From the NCBI GenBank assembly GCA_948806215.1, contig CAQIDI010000001.1:9115-73114 (forward strand): 64,000 nucleotides of DNA. Direction: 5' to 3'. Source of the stretch: an uncultured Eubacteriales bacterium (lineage in GTDB: Bacteria > Bacillota > Clostridia > Christensenellales > UBA1242). The first letter of the stretch is position 1; each line of letters starts with the position of its first letter. The notes beneath the pieces are model-generated. The model saw only the letters and a program-made list of their open reading frames with translations, searched no databases and was not told where the DNA came from. Below are positions 46,531-57,027 of this stretch, piece by piece. The translations under genes were made by a program, and so were the position numbers.

Positions 46531-48849
46531 ATGAAAAAAGCTATAAAAATAACATTAATTGTTTTATTAACCTTGCTAATTGTGGGTTCTTTACTGTTAA
46601 TTATTTTCATAAATAATATTATGGGAATATCAAGTGTTAAGTTTGATAAAGAAAAACTAATTTCTTCTTCGTATCAAACTGTGGTGTATAATATTGATGA
46701 TAACGAAATTGAAAACACCGTTGAATCTAAAAAAGTTGTTTCGATTGATGAAATGCCACAGGATTTGATTAATGCTTTCGTTAGCATAGAAGATAAAAAG
46801 TTTTTTGAACATAACGGTTTAAATTATAAACGAATAGCAAAGGCTATGTTTAACAATTTAAAAAGTTTTAGTTTTGTTGAAGGTGCTAGCACTATTAGCC
46901 AGCAATTAATTAAAAACACCCATTTAAGCAACGAAAAAACAATTAAACGAAAAATTAAAGAAATGTTGCTTACTAAAAAATTAGAAAAAGAATTTACTAA
47001 AAAAGATATTTTAGAAACTTATTTAAACATTATTTATTTTGGTGAAAACTCTTATGGAGTTGAACGAGCAAGTAATACATATTTTAACAAAAGCGTTAAT
47101 GAACTAAGTTTATCTGAATGTGCAACGCTTGCTGGTATTATAAAATCCCCTTTAAAATACTCTCCTGTTTATAACTATGAAAATTGCGTTAACAGAAGAA
47201 ATTTGGTTTTAAAAGAAATGTTAAAAGATAACAAAATAACCGATACGCAGTTTACTGAGGCTGTTAACGAAGATTTAGTTATTCAAAAACCAGAAAATAA
47301 TAATCGTAGTATTAACAATGTGTATGTTAATGCAACTTTGTTAGAAGCACAAAAATTGCTTAATTTTAGTGAAAGCGAATTAAGACTTAGCAATTATAAA
47401 ATTTATACTTATTACGACGAAGAAAAACAAAATGCTTTGTTTAATGCAGCAAATAATGATGATAACTATCACATTAATTCCTACGGAAATAAAAGCGATA
47501 GTTTAATGATTTTAATTGATAATAAAACTTTAGGTGTTAATGCTTATTATGGTAAAAGCGAGTATGACCTAACAAATTTTGTAAGACAACCCGGAAGCAC
47601 AATTAAACCAATTTTGGTTTATGCTCCGGCAATGGAGAAAGGACTAATTAATCCAAGTACAAAATTAAAAGATGAGCAAACAAACTTTAATGGATACACA
47701 CCTAATAACGTTGGCGGAGTTTTTCACGGAGATGTTTCGGTTTCGGAAAGTATTGCTCAAAGCTTAAATATTCCTGCAGTTAAAACTCTAGAATATGTGG
47801 GCATTGATAACGCTAAAAATTTTGCTAAAAAAGCCGGAATTAATTTTGATAAAAACGATACTGGCCTTGCTATTGCACTTGGTGGTTTTACAACCGGTGT
47901 TACTTTAAAAGATTTAACCAATAGTTTTGTTCCTTTTGTTAATTCTGGCTACTATGCAAAAGCTAATTTTGTTAGGAAAATAACGGATAATTTGGGTAGA
48001 ACTATTTATGAACATAAGCCAAATTCGGAACAAATTATGGGCGACGACACAGCTTATTTAATGACAAAAATGTTAAGTGATGCGTGCGATAATGGCACAA
48101 GTATGAGACTTAGAACATTGCCATTCCAAGTTGCTGGCAAAACAGGAACAGTTGCAATTAAAGGAACAAATAACAATACCGATGCTTATTCGGTTGCATA
48201 CACAACTAGCCACACTATGGGCGTTTGGATGGGCAATTATTCAAACGAAAAAGAATATGTTTTAGAAGGTAAAAACAACGGTGGAACTTTTGCTACAAGT
48301 TGCATAAAACAATGTTTTAATGAAATATATAGCGAAAATAAACCTAAAGATTTTGCTATTCCAGAAAGTGTTACGGAAATAGAAATTGACTCTAAACTTT
48401 ACGATGAAGAAAATATTATTAAAGTTGCAAGTGAAAACTGCCCTGAACGATATAGATTAAAAATATTGGTTGCAAAAAGATTTGAGCCAAAAGAAGTTAG
48501 TGATTTGTTTGATAACATAAGTGTTAAAAACTTTGATGTTAAAGTTAACAAATTAAATGCAGAAATAAGTTTTGATGCTGTTGATTATTTAAAATATGAA
48601 CTTTATAAGGTTAATAATAATAAACCAACCAAACTTATTAATTATTCTAATAAATCAGGGAAAATAACTTATAACGACACAAATTTGAATTACGGAAGCA
48701 AATATGGTTATTATTTAAAAATAAGCACCATTAACGATTCAACTCAAACTTTTAGTGAAACAATTAATATTTTAACCGATAGTTTAGCATCTAATTTAGA
48801 TAAATTAATAATTAAAGAATCTGATGCTAACAGTTGGTTATTCAGATAA
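46531..48849 (+). CDS. Class A penicillin-binding protein (glycosyltransferase GT51 plus transpeptidase)
   Basis: TM anchor; GT51 motifs EDKKFFEHNG, GASTISQQL, RKIKE; transpeptidase STIKP, SLN, KTGT; extra C-terminal beta-rich domain. Confidence 0.9.
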   Translation: MKKAIKITLIVLLTLLIVGSLLLIIFINNIMGISSVKFDKEKLISSSYQTVVYNIDDNEIENTVESKKVVSIDEMPQDLINAFVSIEDKKFFEHNGLNYKRIAKAMFNNLKSFSFVEGASTISQQLIKNTHLSNEKTIKRKIKEMLLTKKLEKEFTKKDILETYLNIIYFGENSYGVERASNTYFNKSVNELSLSECATLAGIIKSPLKYSPVYNYENCVNRRNLVLKEMLKDNKITDTQFTEAVNEDLVIQKPENNNRSINNVYVNATLLEAQKLLNFSESELRLSNYKIYTYYDEEKQNALFNAANNDDNYHINSYGNKSDSLMILIDNKTLGVNAYYGKSEYDLTNFVRQPGSTIKPILVYAPAMEKGLINPSTKLKDEQTNFNGYTPNNVGGVFHGDVSVSESIAQSLNIPAVKTLEYVGIDNAKNFAKKAGINFDKNDTGLAIALGGFTTGVTLKDLTNSFVPFVNSGYYAKANFVRKITDNLGRTIYEHKPNSEQIMGDDTAYLMTKMLSDACDNGTSMRLRTLPFQVAGKTGTVAIKGTNNNTDAYSVAYTTSHTMGVWMGNYSNEKEYVLEGKNNGGTFATSCIKQCFNEIYSENKPKDFAIPESVTEIEIDSKLYDEENIIKVASENCPERYRLKILVAKRFEPKEVSDLFDNISVKNFDVKVNKLNAEISFDAVDYLKYELYKVNNNKPTKLINYSNKSGKITYNDTNLNYGSKYGYYLKISTINDSTQTFSETINILTDSLASNLDKLIIKESDANSWLFR

Positions 48850-48860
48850 ATAAACATAAT

Positions 48861-48896
48861 AAAAAAGCCCCATTTATATGGGCTTTTATTATTTTT
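48861..48896. terminator. Bidirectional terminator (PBP / recA)
   Basis: agcccca / atgggct imperfect stem flanked by an A-run and a T-run. Confidence 0.65.
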
Positions 48897-48908
48897 GCAT
48901 AGTAATTA

Positions 48909-49895
48909 TTAAATTTGGAAATGTTCTCTTACTTTTGCTTCTAATTCGTTTAATAATTCTGGATTGCTTTCGATAAATTGTTTAGCATTTTCTTTGCCTT
49001 GACCAATCTTATCGCCATTATAACTAAACCAAGCACCAGATTTTTGAATAATATCGGCGTCTACAGCCATATCTAATATGCAACCAACTCGGCTAATGCC
49101 TTTACCATACATAATATCGAATTCGGCTGTTTTAAATGGAGGTGCCATTTTGTTTTTAACAACTTTAATTTTTGTGCGATTACCCATAAATTCTGCACCA
49201 TCTTTAATAACATCGGCTTTTCTAACATCTAAACGAATACTCGAATAGAATTTTAAAGCTTTACCGCCAGTTGTTGTTTCGGGACTTCCGAACATAACGC
49301 CAATTTTTTCACGTAATTGGTTAATAAATATAACACAAGATTTGCTTTTATTTGTAATACCGGTTAATTTTCTTAAAGCTTGGCTCATAAGGCGTGCTTG
49401 TGCACCCATAAAGCTATCACCCATTTCACCATCGATTTCGGCTTTAGGTGTTAATGCAGCAACGGAATCCACAACAACAATATCTACAGCACCAGAGCGA
49501 ACTAGTGTTTCGCAAATTTCTAATGCTTGTTCGCCAGTGTCTGGCTGCGAAATAAATAAGTCGCTAATGTTTACGCCTAGTTTTTCGGCGTAAGATGGAT
49601 CTAATGCGTGTTCAGCATCGATAAATGCAGCAGTGCCACCCATTTTTTGTGCTTCTGCTAAAATATGCAATGCAACGGTTGTTTTACCAGAACTTTCTGG
49701 ACCATATATTTCAATTATTCTTCCACGTGGAACTCCGCCAATACCAAGAGCAACATCTAGTGGTAAACAACCAGTTGGAATAACTTCAATATGAGTATCG
49801 GCACTATCGCCTAGTTTCATAATTGAACCCTTACCAAATTGTTTTTCAATTTGTAAAATTGCTTGTTCTAATAATTTTTCTTTATTGCTATCCAT
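48909..49895 (-). CDS. recA: Recombinase RecA
   Basis: GPESSGKTT Walker [10 protein letters not shown] Walker B, canonical L1/L2 loops. Confidence 0.97.
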   Translation of the reverse strand: MDSNKEKLLEQAILQIEKQFGKGSIMKLGDSADTHIEVIPTGCLPLDVALGIGGVPRGRIIEIYGPESSGKTTVALHILAEAQKMGGTAAFIDAEHALDPSYAEKLGVNISDLFISQPDTGEQALEICETLVRSGAVDIVVVDSVAALTPKAEIDGEMGDSFMGAQARLMSQALRKLTGITNKSKSCVIFINQLREKIGVMFGSPETTTGGKALKFYSSIRLDVRKADVIKDGAEFMGNRTKIKVVKNKMAPPFKTAEFDIMYGKGISRVGCILDMAVDADIIQKSGAWFSYNGDKIGQGKENAKQFIESNPELLNELEAKVREHFQI

Positions 49896-49908
49896 AATTT
49901 CTCCTATT

Positions 49909-49920
49909 GAACATATGTTT
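49909..49920 (-). promoter_or_regulatory. LexA (Cheo-type) box upstream of recA
   Basis: GAACATATGTTT (AAACATATGTTC on the coding strand), immediately upstream of the recA RBS and about 10 nt downstream of a perfect TATAAT (minus strand, 49935-49930). Confidence 0.65.
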
Positions 49921-49930
49921 GATAACTATA

Positions 49931-51172
49931 TTATATCGTAGTTTTATCAAAAAATAAATCGTTTTGTTTAATATTTTTAATTAAATAGAAAAATGCCGTT
50001 TGAGTTAGGCTTTCAACCACTTGTTCGCGGTTGCCATAAACAGTGTTTTTATAAACGTGAATGCCATCGCTATTTCCAACTGCTATAAAGCAAAGCTTAC
50101 CTTTTTTATCGTTGTTAAAATTTGTTAGTCCGTTAGTAACAACAACAATATCGGCTTCGCTGCTTTCTAACAACCCTGCTGCCATTTCGTAGGCAATTTC
50201 TACCGAAACTGTTCCGTAAGACCTTAGAACATTAGGGCTAACATTTAAGCGTTTTATAAGGCTATTTTCGCTTAAGCAAACCATATTTTCTATTACTAAG
50301 TTTTTAGAATCGGAACATTGTTTTAATAAACTTGCAGATATGTTTCCGCCAGTTATTGTTTCGGCAATGGCAACCTTTTTTTTGCTTAGTTCAAGTAGTT
50401 CGTAAGTTCGCTTAATTAAAGATGTTTCTTCGTCGGCATAAATATATTTTCCAAGTCGTTCATAAACTTTAACAACAAAATCGTTTACAATGCTTTCATC
50501 TAAATTTTGATTATATCTAATTACAATAGAAACTTCTAGGTTGTTAGGATATGTGAAAAATAGTATTTTATATTTGTTTTTTATTAAGTCGGATAAAACT
50601 AAATAAATATCCTTTTCGCCTATTCCAAAAGTTTTTATGGTTGTGGTTTTATAAATTGTGTTATTGTTTCCAATAATATAGTTTTTTAAGTAATTATTAA
50701 AAACTTCGGTTGCAACTTCTAGTTCGCCCGGAATAAATAAGTAGTTAGTGTTATTATTAGTTACAGTGTAGGCTTGCAAAAACGAAGATGTTGTAGAAAT
50801 TAATTTTGCATATTCTGGCATATAGTATTCGTTTTCGGCTTCAAACGAAATTGGAATATTAGATTTTTGAAAATAAGCATTAACAAAGTTTGTTGCTTGA
50901 TCGGATTTTATTATTGCACTATTTATAAAATTACAAATAGATTTTTTAATATTAAAGTTTTTTGAACTTAGTGCTTCCCCTATAACAATAACAAGGTCGC
51001 AATTCAAATCGTTTAAGGCATTAAAAATTTGATCGGGGTGATTTTCGGTTGTAATAACTTTATTTACAACTTCCCCAATCTCTAAAATGTTTCTAAGTAA
51101 ATATTGACTTATTTCATCTTTTTGTTTTCCAAGCAAAATATCGTTGGAAACACGAAGTATTGCAATTTTCAT
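49931..51172 (-). CDS. cinA: CinA-like competence/damage-inducible protein (MoCF-like N-domain plus PncC-like C-domain)
   Basis: Size and position upstream of recA. C-terminal AETITGG motif corresponds to the ESCTGG of the CinA/PncC domain. The N-domain is divergent. Confidence 0.65.
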   Translation of the reverse strand: MKIAILRVSNDILLGKQKDEISQYLLRNILEIGEVVNKVITTENHPDQIFNALNDLNCDLVIVIGEALSSKNFNIKKSICNFINSAIIKSDQATNFVNAYFQKSNIPISFEAENEYYMPEYAKLISTTSSFLQAYTVTNNNTNYLFIPGELEVATEVFNNYLKNYIIGNNNTIYKTTTIKTFGIGEKDIYLVLSDLIKNKYKILFFTYPNNLEVSIVIRYNQNLDESIVNDFVVKVYERLGKYIYADEETSLIKRTYELLELSKKKVAIAETITGGNISASLLKQCSDSKNLVIENMVCLSENSLIKRLNVSPNVLRSYGTVSVEIAYEMAAGLLESSEADIVVVTNGLTNFNNDKKGKLCFIAVGNSDGIHVYKNTVYGNREQVVESLTQTAFFYLIKNIKQNDLFFDKTTI

Positions 51173-51232
51173 AATTATGCCTTAACTATTTAATATCCTA
51201 TTTATTATAGCAAAATATATATGTTTTTTCAA

Positions 51233-51265
51233 AAGAAAAAAAGTGGGATTAAACCACTTTTTATT
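51233..51265. terminator. Hairpin terminator after pgsA
   Basis: aagtgg / ccactt stem flanked by A and T runs. Confidence 0.6.
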
Positions 51266-51271
51266 GTTAAC

Positions 51272-51868
51272 TTATTCTGCTTCTTTTTTATCTTCTTTTA
51301 AAACATCTTTGTTTTTAACCATATAGTTAACACCACTAATAATGGTTAATAAAACAGAAATGCCAAGTAAAACATAGTTTATAATTTGAACAACTTGAAG
51401 TGCAACTCCGCTTAACCAATTGCTTGCCACAATTTGAGCTAGTAACATAAGCATTGGTAACGAAACATCGGTAAAAGCTGTTTTATATTTTCCCCATTTA
51501 TCAGCTGCCATAACAAAACCTTTTGAAGCTGCTACTTGCCTAAATGCGCTAATAATTAGTTCTCTACCAATTATAATAACCGAAGCAATAATTCCATAAG
51601 GATTTGGTATTGTTCCATCTACGGTTACTAGTAGTAATGCTGCCATAACAATTAGTTTATCGGCAATTGGATCTAACAATTTGCCAAGATTAGTTACTAA
51701 GTTATATTTTCTTGCAATATAGCCATCTAAAAAATCGGTTGAAGCAGCAACAACAAATATTATTGCAGCAATCAAAAAGTTGCACGGAATAAAGGTTGCT
51801 AAGTAAAAGAATATAAACACTGGTAATAAACAAATTCTTACTAGTGATATTTTATTTGGTAGATTCAT
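51272..51868 (-). CDS. pgsA: CDP-diacylglycerol--glycerol-3-phosphate 3-phosphatidyltransferase
   Basis: CDP-alcohol phosphotransferase motif DFLDGYIARK...GKLLDPIADK. Confidence 0.9.
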   Translation of the reverse strand: MNLPNKISLVRICLLPVFIFFYLATFIPCNFLIAAIIFVVAASTDFLDGYIARKYNLVTNLGKLLDPIADKLIVMAALLLVTVDGTIPNPYGIIASVIIIGRELIISAFRQVAASKGFVMAADKWGKYKTAFTDVSLPMLMLLAQIVASNWLSGVALQVVQIINYVLLGISVLLTIISGVNYMVKNKDVLKEDKKEAE

Positions 51869-53180
51869 AAATTTCTCCTTTTAATTCGTAATTAGAAGTA
51901 TCTGTGATTCGAACATTATAAATTTCACCTATTTTTGCATTGCCAAAAACATAAACTATTTGGTCTATTTCTGGAGCATTAAACATAGTTCTACCTATAA
52001 AATAATCGTTTTCACTACTATCAATTATAACAGGTAAAATTTTATTTAACAAATTAATATTGTTTAAATAACTTATGTTCTTTTGTATTCTATAAGCTTT
52101 TTTAACTCGTAATTTTTTTGTTAAATTAGATTTTTGATTATCCATTTTATAGGCAAGAGTTCCATCTTCTTTAGAATAAGCAAAAAAGCCAACATTAGTT
52201 AATTTATATGTTTTAATAAACTTAATTAATTCTCTAAACTGCCCACAAGTTTCCCCCGGAAAACCAAGAATAAAGGTTGATCTAATTGCAATATCAGGAA
52301 TTTCGCTACGCAATTTTTTAATTAAAGTAACAATTTGTTCGTTATTAGTTCTGCGATTCATCTTTTTTAAAATTGTGGAATTAACGTGCTGTAAAGGAAT
52401 ATCGATATATTTACAAACTTTATTGTTTTCTTTAATTACTTTAATCAAATCGTCGGTTACTAATTCTGGATAACAATAAAGCAGCCTTATCCATTTAATA
52501 TTTTCTATTTTGCTTAAAGTGTTAATAAGTTTTGGTAAAGCATATTCGTTATATAAATCAAAGCCATATTTTGTAACATCTTGACCAACTAAAATAAGTT
52601 CTTTAACACCATTATTTGCAAGCTGATTAGCTTCCTTTTCCAACTGCTCTATTGGAGTTGACTTAAATCTGCCACGAATGAATGGTATTGTGCAATAAGA
52701 ACAAAAATTGTTGCAACCTTCTGATATTTTTAAATAAGCATAGTGTTTAGGTGTTGTTAAAACTCTATCTATTTCAGAACAACTATAGTTGTTGTTTTTT
52801 AATTCAACACCATAAAGGCTAAAAATTGTTTTAACAATGTTTTGGTTATCGGCAATTTTAACAAAAGCATCAACTTCGGGAAGGCTGGATTCTAAATCGG
52901 AATAATTCATTTGATTAATGCAACCAGTTACAATAATCTTTTCGCAATTATTATTTTTTAATCCCGCCATCTCTAAAATTGAGTTAATGCTTTCACGCCT
53001 TGCACTTTCGATGAACGAACAAGTGTTTATTATTATTATGTTAGCTTCGCTTGGATTGCTGGTTGTTTTAAAACCAGCACTTGTTAATTGGGCAATAACT
53101 TTTTCAAGGTCTACCCTGTTTTTATCGCAACCGAGCGAAACATATCCTATTTTTTTATTTAATATTTCTTTAGTATTCAT
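51852..53180 (-). CDS. rimO: Ribosomal protein S12 methylthiotransferase
   Basis: SLGCDKNRVDLE N-terminus, radical-SAM CNNFCSYC, C-terminal TRAM; 17-nt overlap with pgsA. Confidence 0.85.
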   Translation of the reverse strand: MNTKEILNKKIGYVSLGCDKNRVDLEKVIAQLTSAGFKTTSNPSEANIIIINTCSFIESARRESINSILEMAGLKNNNCEKIIVTGCINQMNYSDLESSLPEVDAFVKIADNQNIVKTIFSLYGVELKNNNYSCSEIDRVLTTPKHYAYLKISEGCNNFCSYCTIPFIRGRFKSTPIEQLEKEANQLANNGVKELILVGQDVTKYGFDLYNEYALPKLINTLSKIENIKWIRLLYCYPELVTDDLIKVIKENNKVCKYIDIPLQHVNSTILKKMNRRTNNEQIVTLIKKLRSEIPDIAIRSTFILGFPGETCGQFRELIKFIKTYKLTNVGFFAYSKEDGTLAYKMDNQKSNLTKKLRVKKAYRIQKNISYLNNINLLNKILPVIIDSSENDYFIGRTMFNAPEIDQIVYVFGNAKIGEIYNVRITDTSNYELKGEIYESTK

Positions 53181-53186
53181 TAAGTG

Positions 53187-56075
53187 TTATAAATCCTCGC
53201 CAAAGCGTTCTTCAAATTCTTGTTGAGTAATAAATAAAGGACGCAAATTTTTATTATCTTTAGGACCAACAAAGCCAGCGGCTTCCATTTGGTCAACAAT
53301 TTTAGCTGCTCTTGGGAAACCAATTCCAAAGGCACGCTGTAGTTTAGAAATGCTTGCATTTTGTTGTTTAATAAATAAACGCAATGCATCTTTTAAAAGT
53401 GAGTCAAATTCTTGGCTTCCACTTCCGCCATCGGCACTAAAGGTGTTTTTATCGGTGTTAAACATTTCATCTTCGATGTCCGAATCAAATTCACATTCGT
53501 TGTTTTGTTTAACAAAATCAACTACTTTTGCAACATCTTCGCTGGATACAAATGCACCTTGAATTCTTAGTAGATCAACAGAACCATTTGGACTATAAAG
53601 CATATCTCCTTTACCCAATAGTTTTTCTGCTCCGCCTTGGTCTAATATTGTTTTACTATCTGGGAAAGCAGAAACCGCAAAAGCAATTCGGCTTGGTAGG
53701 TTTGCTTTAATTGTTCCTGTGATAACATCAACACTAGGCCTTTGAGTTGCAATTACCAAATAAATTCCTGCAGCACGGCTAAGTTGTGTTAAACGAATAA
53801 TTTTTTCTTCAACTTCTTTTTTGCGTTGTAACATTAAATCACCAAGCTCATCCACTATAAACACAATAAATGGCATTTTAGGTTCGGTTTGTGATTTAAT
53901 TTCGTTTCTATCGTTATATTCATCAATATTGCGAACCATTGTTTCTGCAAACTTATTGTAACGCCTATCCATTTCTTTAATTAACCAATCTAATGCTTTA
54001 ACTGCTTTGTCAACATCGGTTATTGCCTTTGGTAAAAGCATATGAGGAAGACCATTATATAATGTGAATTCAACACGCTTAGGATCGATTAAAATTAGTT
54101 TTAAATCTTCTGGAGATGCTTTATATAATAAACTTACAAGCATAGAGTTTAAGCACACACTTTTACCACTTCCGGTTGCACCAGCAACTAATAAGTGTGG
54201 CATTTTATCAATTCTTGCAACTTTTGCTTCGCCTGTTATATCTTTACCAAGTGCAAAAGTAAGTGGTGATTTGTTACCTTGGAAGTTATAGGACTCAATA
54301 ATTTCACGAAGGCTAACTGTTTCGATTTCTTCGTTAGGAATTTCAACACCAAAAGCATTTTTTCCTGGAACTGGTATTTCCATTCTGATATCGCCACGAG
54401 CACGCAATGTCATTGCTATATCATCTACCAATGCATTAACACGCTTAACAGGAATACCCTGTTGCATTTGAAGTTCGAACCTTGTAAATGCCGGACCTTT
54501 TGTTATTGAAACAACTTTAGCTGGAGCGTTAAAGCTTTCTAAAGTTTCTTCTAACATTCTTGCCTTATCAGAATAATCGCTATTATCGGAACTACTAATG
54601 TTATAAGCTGTTAGCATTGAAACATCAGGTCTTACATATTTGCTTGGTTTCTTATAAACTTTTTTAGTAGGTTCACTAGCTTTTGCTTCAAATGGACGCA
54701 AAACTTCTTGTTTATACTCTGGCTTTTTAATTTCAACAGGCTTTTCAACAGGATTAAATGCTTCTTTAGAAACAGATTGTTGAATTGGGGCTTGAATAAC
54801 TGGTTCAACTTCTCTTTGTTTTTGATATGGATTAACTGGTGTGTTAATTTTTTGTTGATAGTTATTATTATATGTTACTTCTTCGGTTTCGAAAGCATCA
54901 AACTTTGGTTCTGGTTTTACAGGTTCAGGTTTAGAATAATTTTGAGTTGATGGTTGAACATAAGCTTGTTTATAATTGTTTTTAGTTATGTTTTCATCGT
55001 ATAAATCATCCATAACATCGTAAGATTCAAATAACTTTTTCTGAGCACTTTGGCTTGGAGTTAAATTTTGATTATTTGAAGTTGATGGTTTCGAATCGGA
55101 ATAACCTATTATTTCGTGTAAATATTTTAAGTTTTCTTTATCACGCTCCGATAATTTTCTATCTGGTTTAACTTGCGGAGTTGTTTCGTTATGAATAAAC
55201 TTTTTAGGTTTATTTGAAACTGGTTCTTTATTTTCGTAAAGCGACATTTTAGCATCGAACAGTTCCTGCATTTCGTTGCTTTTTGGTTGATTAGGTTTTT
55301 CTTTTGATAAACCTAAAATATTTTTTGCTTTTTCTTTATCCTTATCGGTAGATGGCAAAACAACTTGTGTGTTAGTGTTAATGCTTGCAACTTCTTCATC
55401 TGGAATAATTAAATCATCGGGGCTAGGAGTTTCTTTATTAACTTTAATTGTTTCTTTTATAGGTGTTTGGGTGTTCTTTACTTTTTCGTTGGCTTCAACA
55501 TTTAGGTTTGATTCCACTTTTATTGTTGATTTTTTGCTGCCACCTTTAAGAGCATTAATAAATTCGTCTTTATATTTAACAAATCTAACAACAATAACTG
55601 CTGTTACAGCTATTAGTAAAATTGATATAACCGAATAGATTGCAACAATATGCGAAAAAATTGCTTTAAACGGATAAGTTAAAATAGAAAGTAATGCTCC
55701 ACCACAAGTTAGTTTGTAGTTATAGCATTCTGAAATATATTTACCATAACTTAAATTAAAAAATTGAGAAGATGTTGCTACTTGAATTATTAACAAAAAA
55801 ATTGCTAACCAAGAAATTAACAAAACAATGTCGGTTGGCATTATTGAAAATTTTTTATCTTTAATTAACATAATGCCATAAACTATTAAGCCAATTAAAA
55901 TTGCATAAGAAAATAATCCGAATGTGCCTAGCAAAAACGAATTAATAAATTTAATTAAATTAAAAACTAAATTAACAAGCAAAACCGAGGAAATGCTTAT
56001 TAGTGCAATTCCTACCTTAGAACTTAAACTATGTTTTTTAGATTGCTTATTATTTTGTGAGGTATATAAAGCCAT
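53187..56075 (-). CDS. ftsK: DNA translocase FtsK/SpoIIIE
   Basis: N-terminal TM helices, Pro/Lys/Glu-rich linker, motor domain (HLLVAGATGSGKS, FIVDE), C-terminal gamma wHTH. Confidence 0.95.
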   Translation of the reverse strand: MALYTSQNNKQSKKHSLSSKVGIALISISSVLLVNLVFNLIKFINSFLLGTFGLFSYAILIGLIVYGIMLIKDKKFSIMPTDIVLLISWLAIFLLIIQVATSSQFFNLSYGKYISECYNYKLTCGGALLSILTYPFKAIFSHIVAIYSVISILLIAVTAVIVVRFVKYKDEFINALKGGSKKSTIKVESNLNVEANEKVKNTQTPIKETIKVNKETPSPDDLIIPDEEVASINTNTQVVLPSTDKDKEKAKNILGLSKEKPNQPKSNEMQELFDAKMSLYENKEPVSNKPKKFIHNETTPQVKPDRKLSERDKENLKYLHEIIGYSDSKPSTSNNQNLTPSQSAQKKLFESYDVMDDLYDENITKNNYKQAYVQPSTQNYSKPEPVKPEPKFDAFETEEVTYNNNYQQKINTPVNPYQKQREVEPVIQAPIQQSVSKEAFNPVEKPVEIKKPEYKQEVLRPFEAKASEPTKKVYKKPSKYVRPDVSMLTAYNISSSDNSDYSDKARMLEETLESFNAPAKVVSITKGPAFTRFELQMQQGIPVKRVNALVDDIAMTLRARGDIRMEIPVPGKNAFGVEIPNEEIETVSLREIIESYNFQGNKSPLTFALGKDITGEAKVARIDKMPHLLVAGATGSGKSVCLNSMLVSLLYKASPEDLKLILIDPKRVEFTLYNGLPHMLLPKAITDVDKAVKALDWLIKEMDRRYNKFAETMVRNIDEYNDRNEIKSQTEPKMPFIVFIVDELGDLMLQRKKEVEEKIIRLTQLSRAAGIYLVIATQRPSVDVITGTIKANLPSRIAFAVSAFPDSKTILDQGGAEKLLGKGDMLYSPNGSVDLLRIQGAFVSSEDVAKVVDFVKQNNECEFDSDIEDEMFNTDKNTFSADGGSGSQEFDSLLKDALRLFIKQQNASISKLQRAFGIGFPRAAKIVDQMEAAGFVGPKDNKNLRPLFITQQEFEERFGEDL

Positions 56076-56220
56076 TTTGCCTCCGTAAGATAATCATCTA
56101 GTTAAAGTATAGCATAATTAAAATTTTAAATAAAATCTTTTAATTTAACATAGTTAAATTAGTTAAAAATTTTGTTGAATATTAATAAATAATAATGCCC
56201 TTTTAAAAAAGTTTTAAAAT

Positions 56221-56256
56221 AAAAAAAACAAAGCGTTTAGTAACGCTTTATTTTTT
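56221..56256 (-). terminator. Terminator after the deacetylase gene
   Basis: aaagcgtt / aacgcttt stem; T-run on the minus strand. Confidence 0.75.
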
Positions 56257-56971
56257 ATGTTTTTATATTTTCGCTAACAGTTACTGCAAGCAAATTGTTA
56301 GCTTTGTAATAATCTAAAATTTTTGGTAATGCTTCTAGGGTGTGCACAGTTGGATGCATTAAAATTAAGTCGCCCCCTTTAACATTTTTTGTTGCGCGAG
56401 ATAACACTAAATCACTGTTTTTATCGCGCCAATCAATAGTGTCTTTGCTCCACATAATTGTTTTGTAGCCAAGTTCGTTTGCAACTTGCAAGGTTGTTTT
56501 GTTATAGGCGCCACTTGGTGGAGCAAACAAATTCATTTTAACACCTATGTTTTTAAAAACCATTGTTTCACAAACACTAATTTCTTCACGATTTTGGTCG
56601 TAGTTTAATTTATCGTGATCACGATGAAAATATCCGTGATTGCCAATTTCGTGGCCACTATCATAAATTTGTTTTAATAGTTCGGGTTCTTTTTCTACCC
56701 ATTGCCCTCCAACAAAAAATGTTGTTGTAACATCGTATTGTTTTAAAACATTTAAAATATCTGGTATAAATTCGCTACCCCAATAAACATTAATCATTAA
56801 ACTAACAAAATTTGAGTTACGATTGCCGTTATATATTGCTTCACTTTTATTAAATGAAAAAACTTGTTGCGAATTAAAATTAAGGGTTAAACCGCAAAAA
56901 ATTGCTAATATAAGCATTATAACAAAGTTTGAAATAACATTTACAAAAAGTTTGTGTTTTTTTTGATTCAT
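56255..56971 (-). CDS. Polysaccharide deacetylase family protein, PdaB-like
   Basis: N-terminal TM/signal, NodB-type domain with INVYWGSE in place of TFDD (as I recall for PdaB), HEIGNHGYFH metal site. Confidence 0.65.
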   Translation of the reverse strand: MNQKKHKLFVNVISNFVIMLILAIFCGLTLNFNSQQVFSFNKSEAIYNGNRNSNFVSLMINVYWGSEFIPDILNVLKQYDVTTTFFVGGQWVEKEPELLKQIYDSGHEIGNHGYFHRDHDKLNYDQNREEISVCETMVFKNIGVKMNLFAPPSGAYNKTTLQVANELGYKTIMWSKDTIDWRDKNSDLVLSRATKNVKGGDLILMHPTVHTLEALPKILDYYKANNLLAVTVSENIKT

Positions 56972-57027
56972 TCTAATTCCTAAATCAATAAAATTATTTA
57001 TTTATGTTTATGAATTAGATTTAGTTA

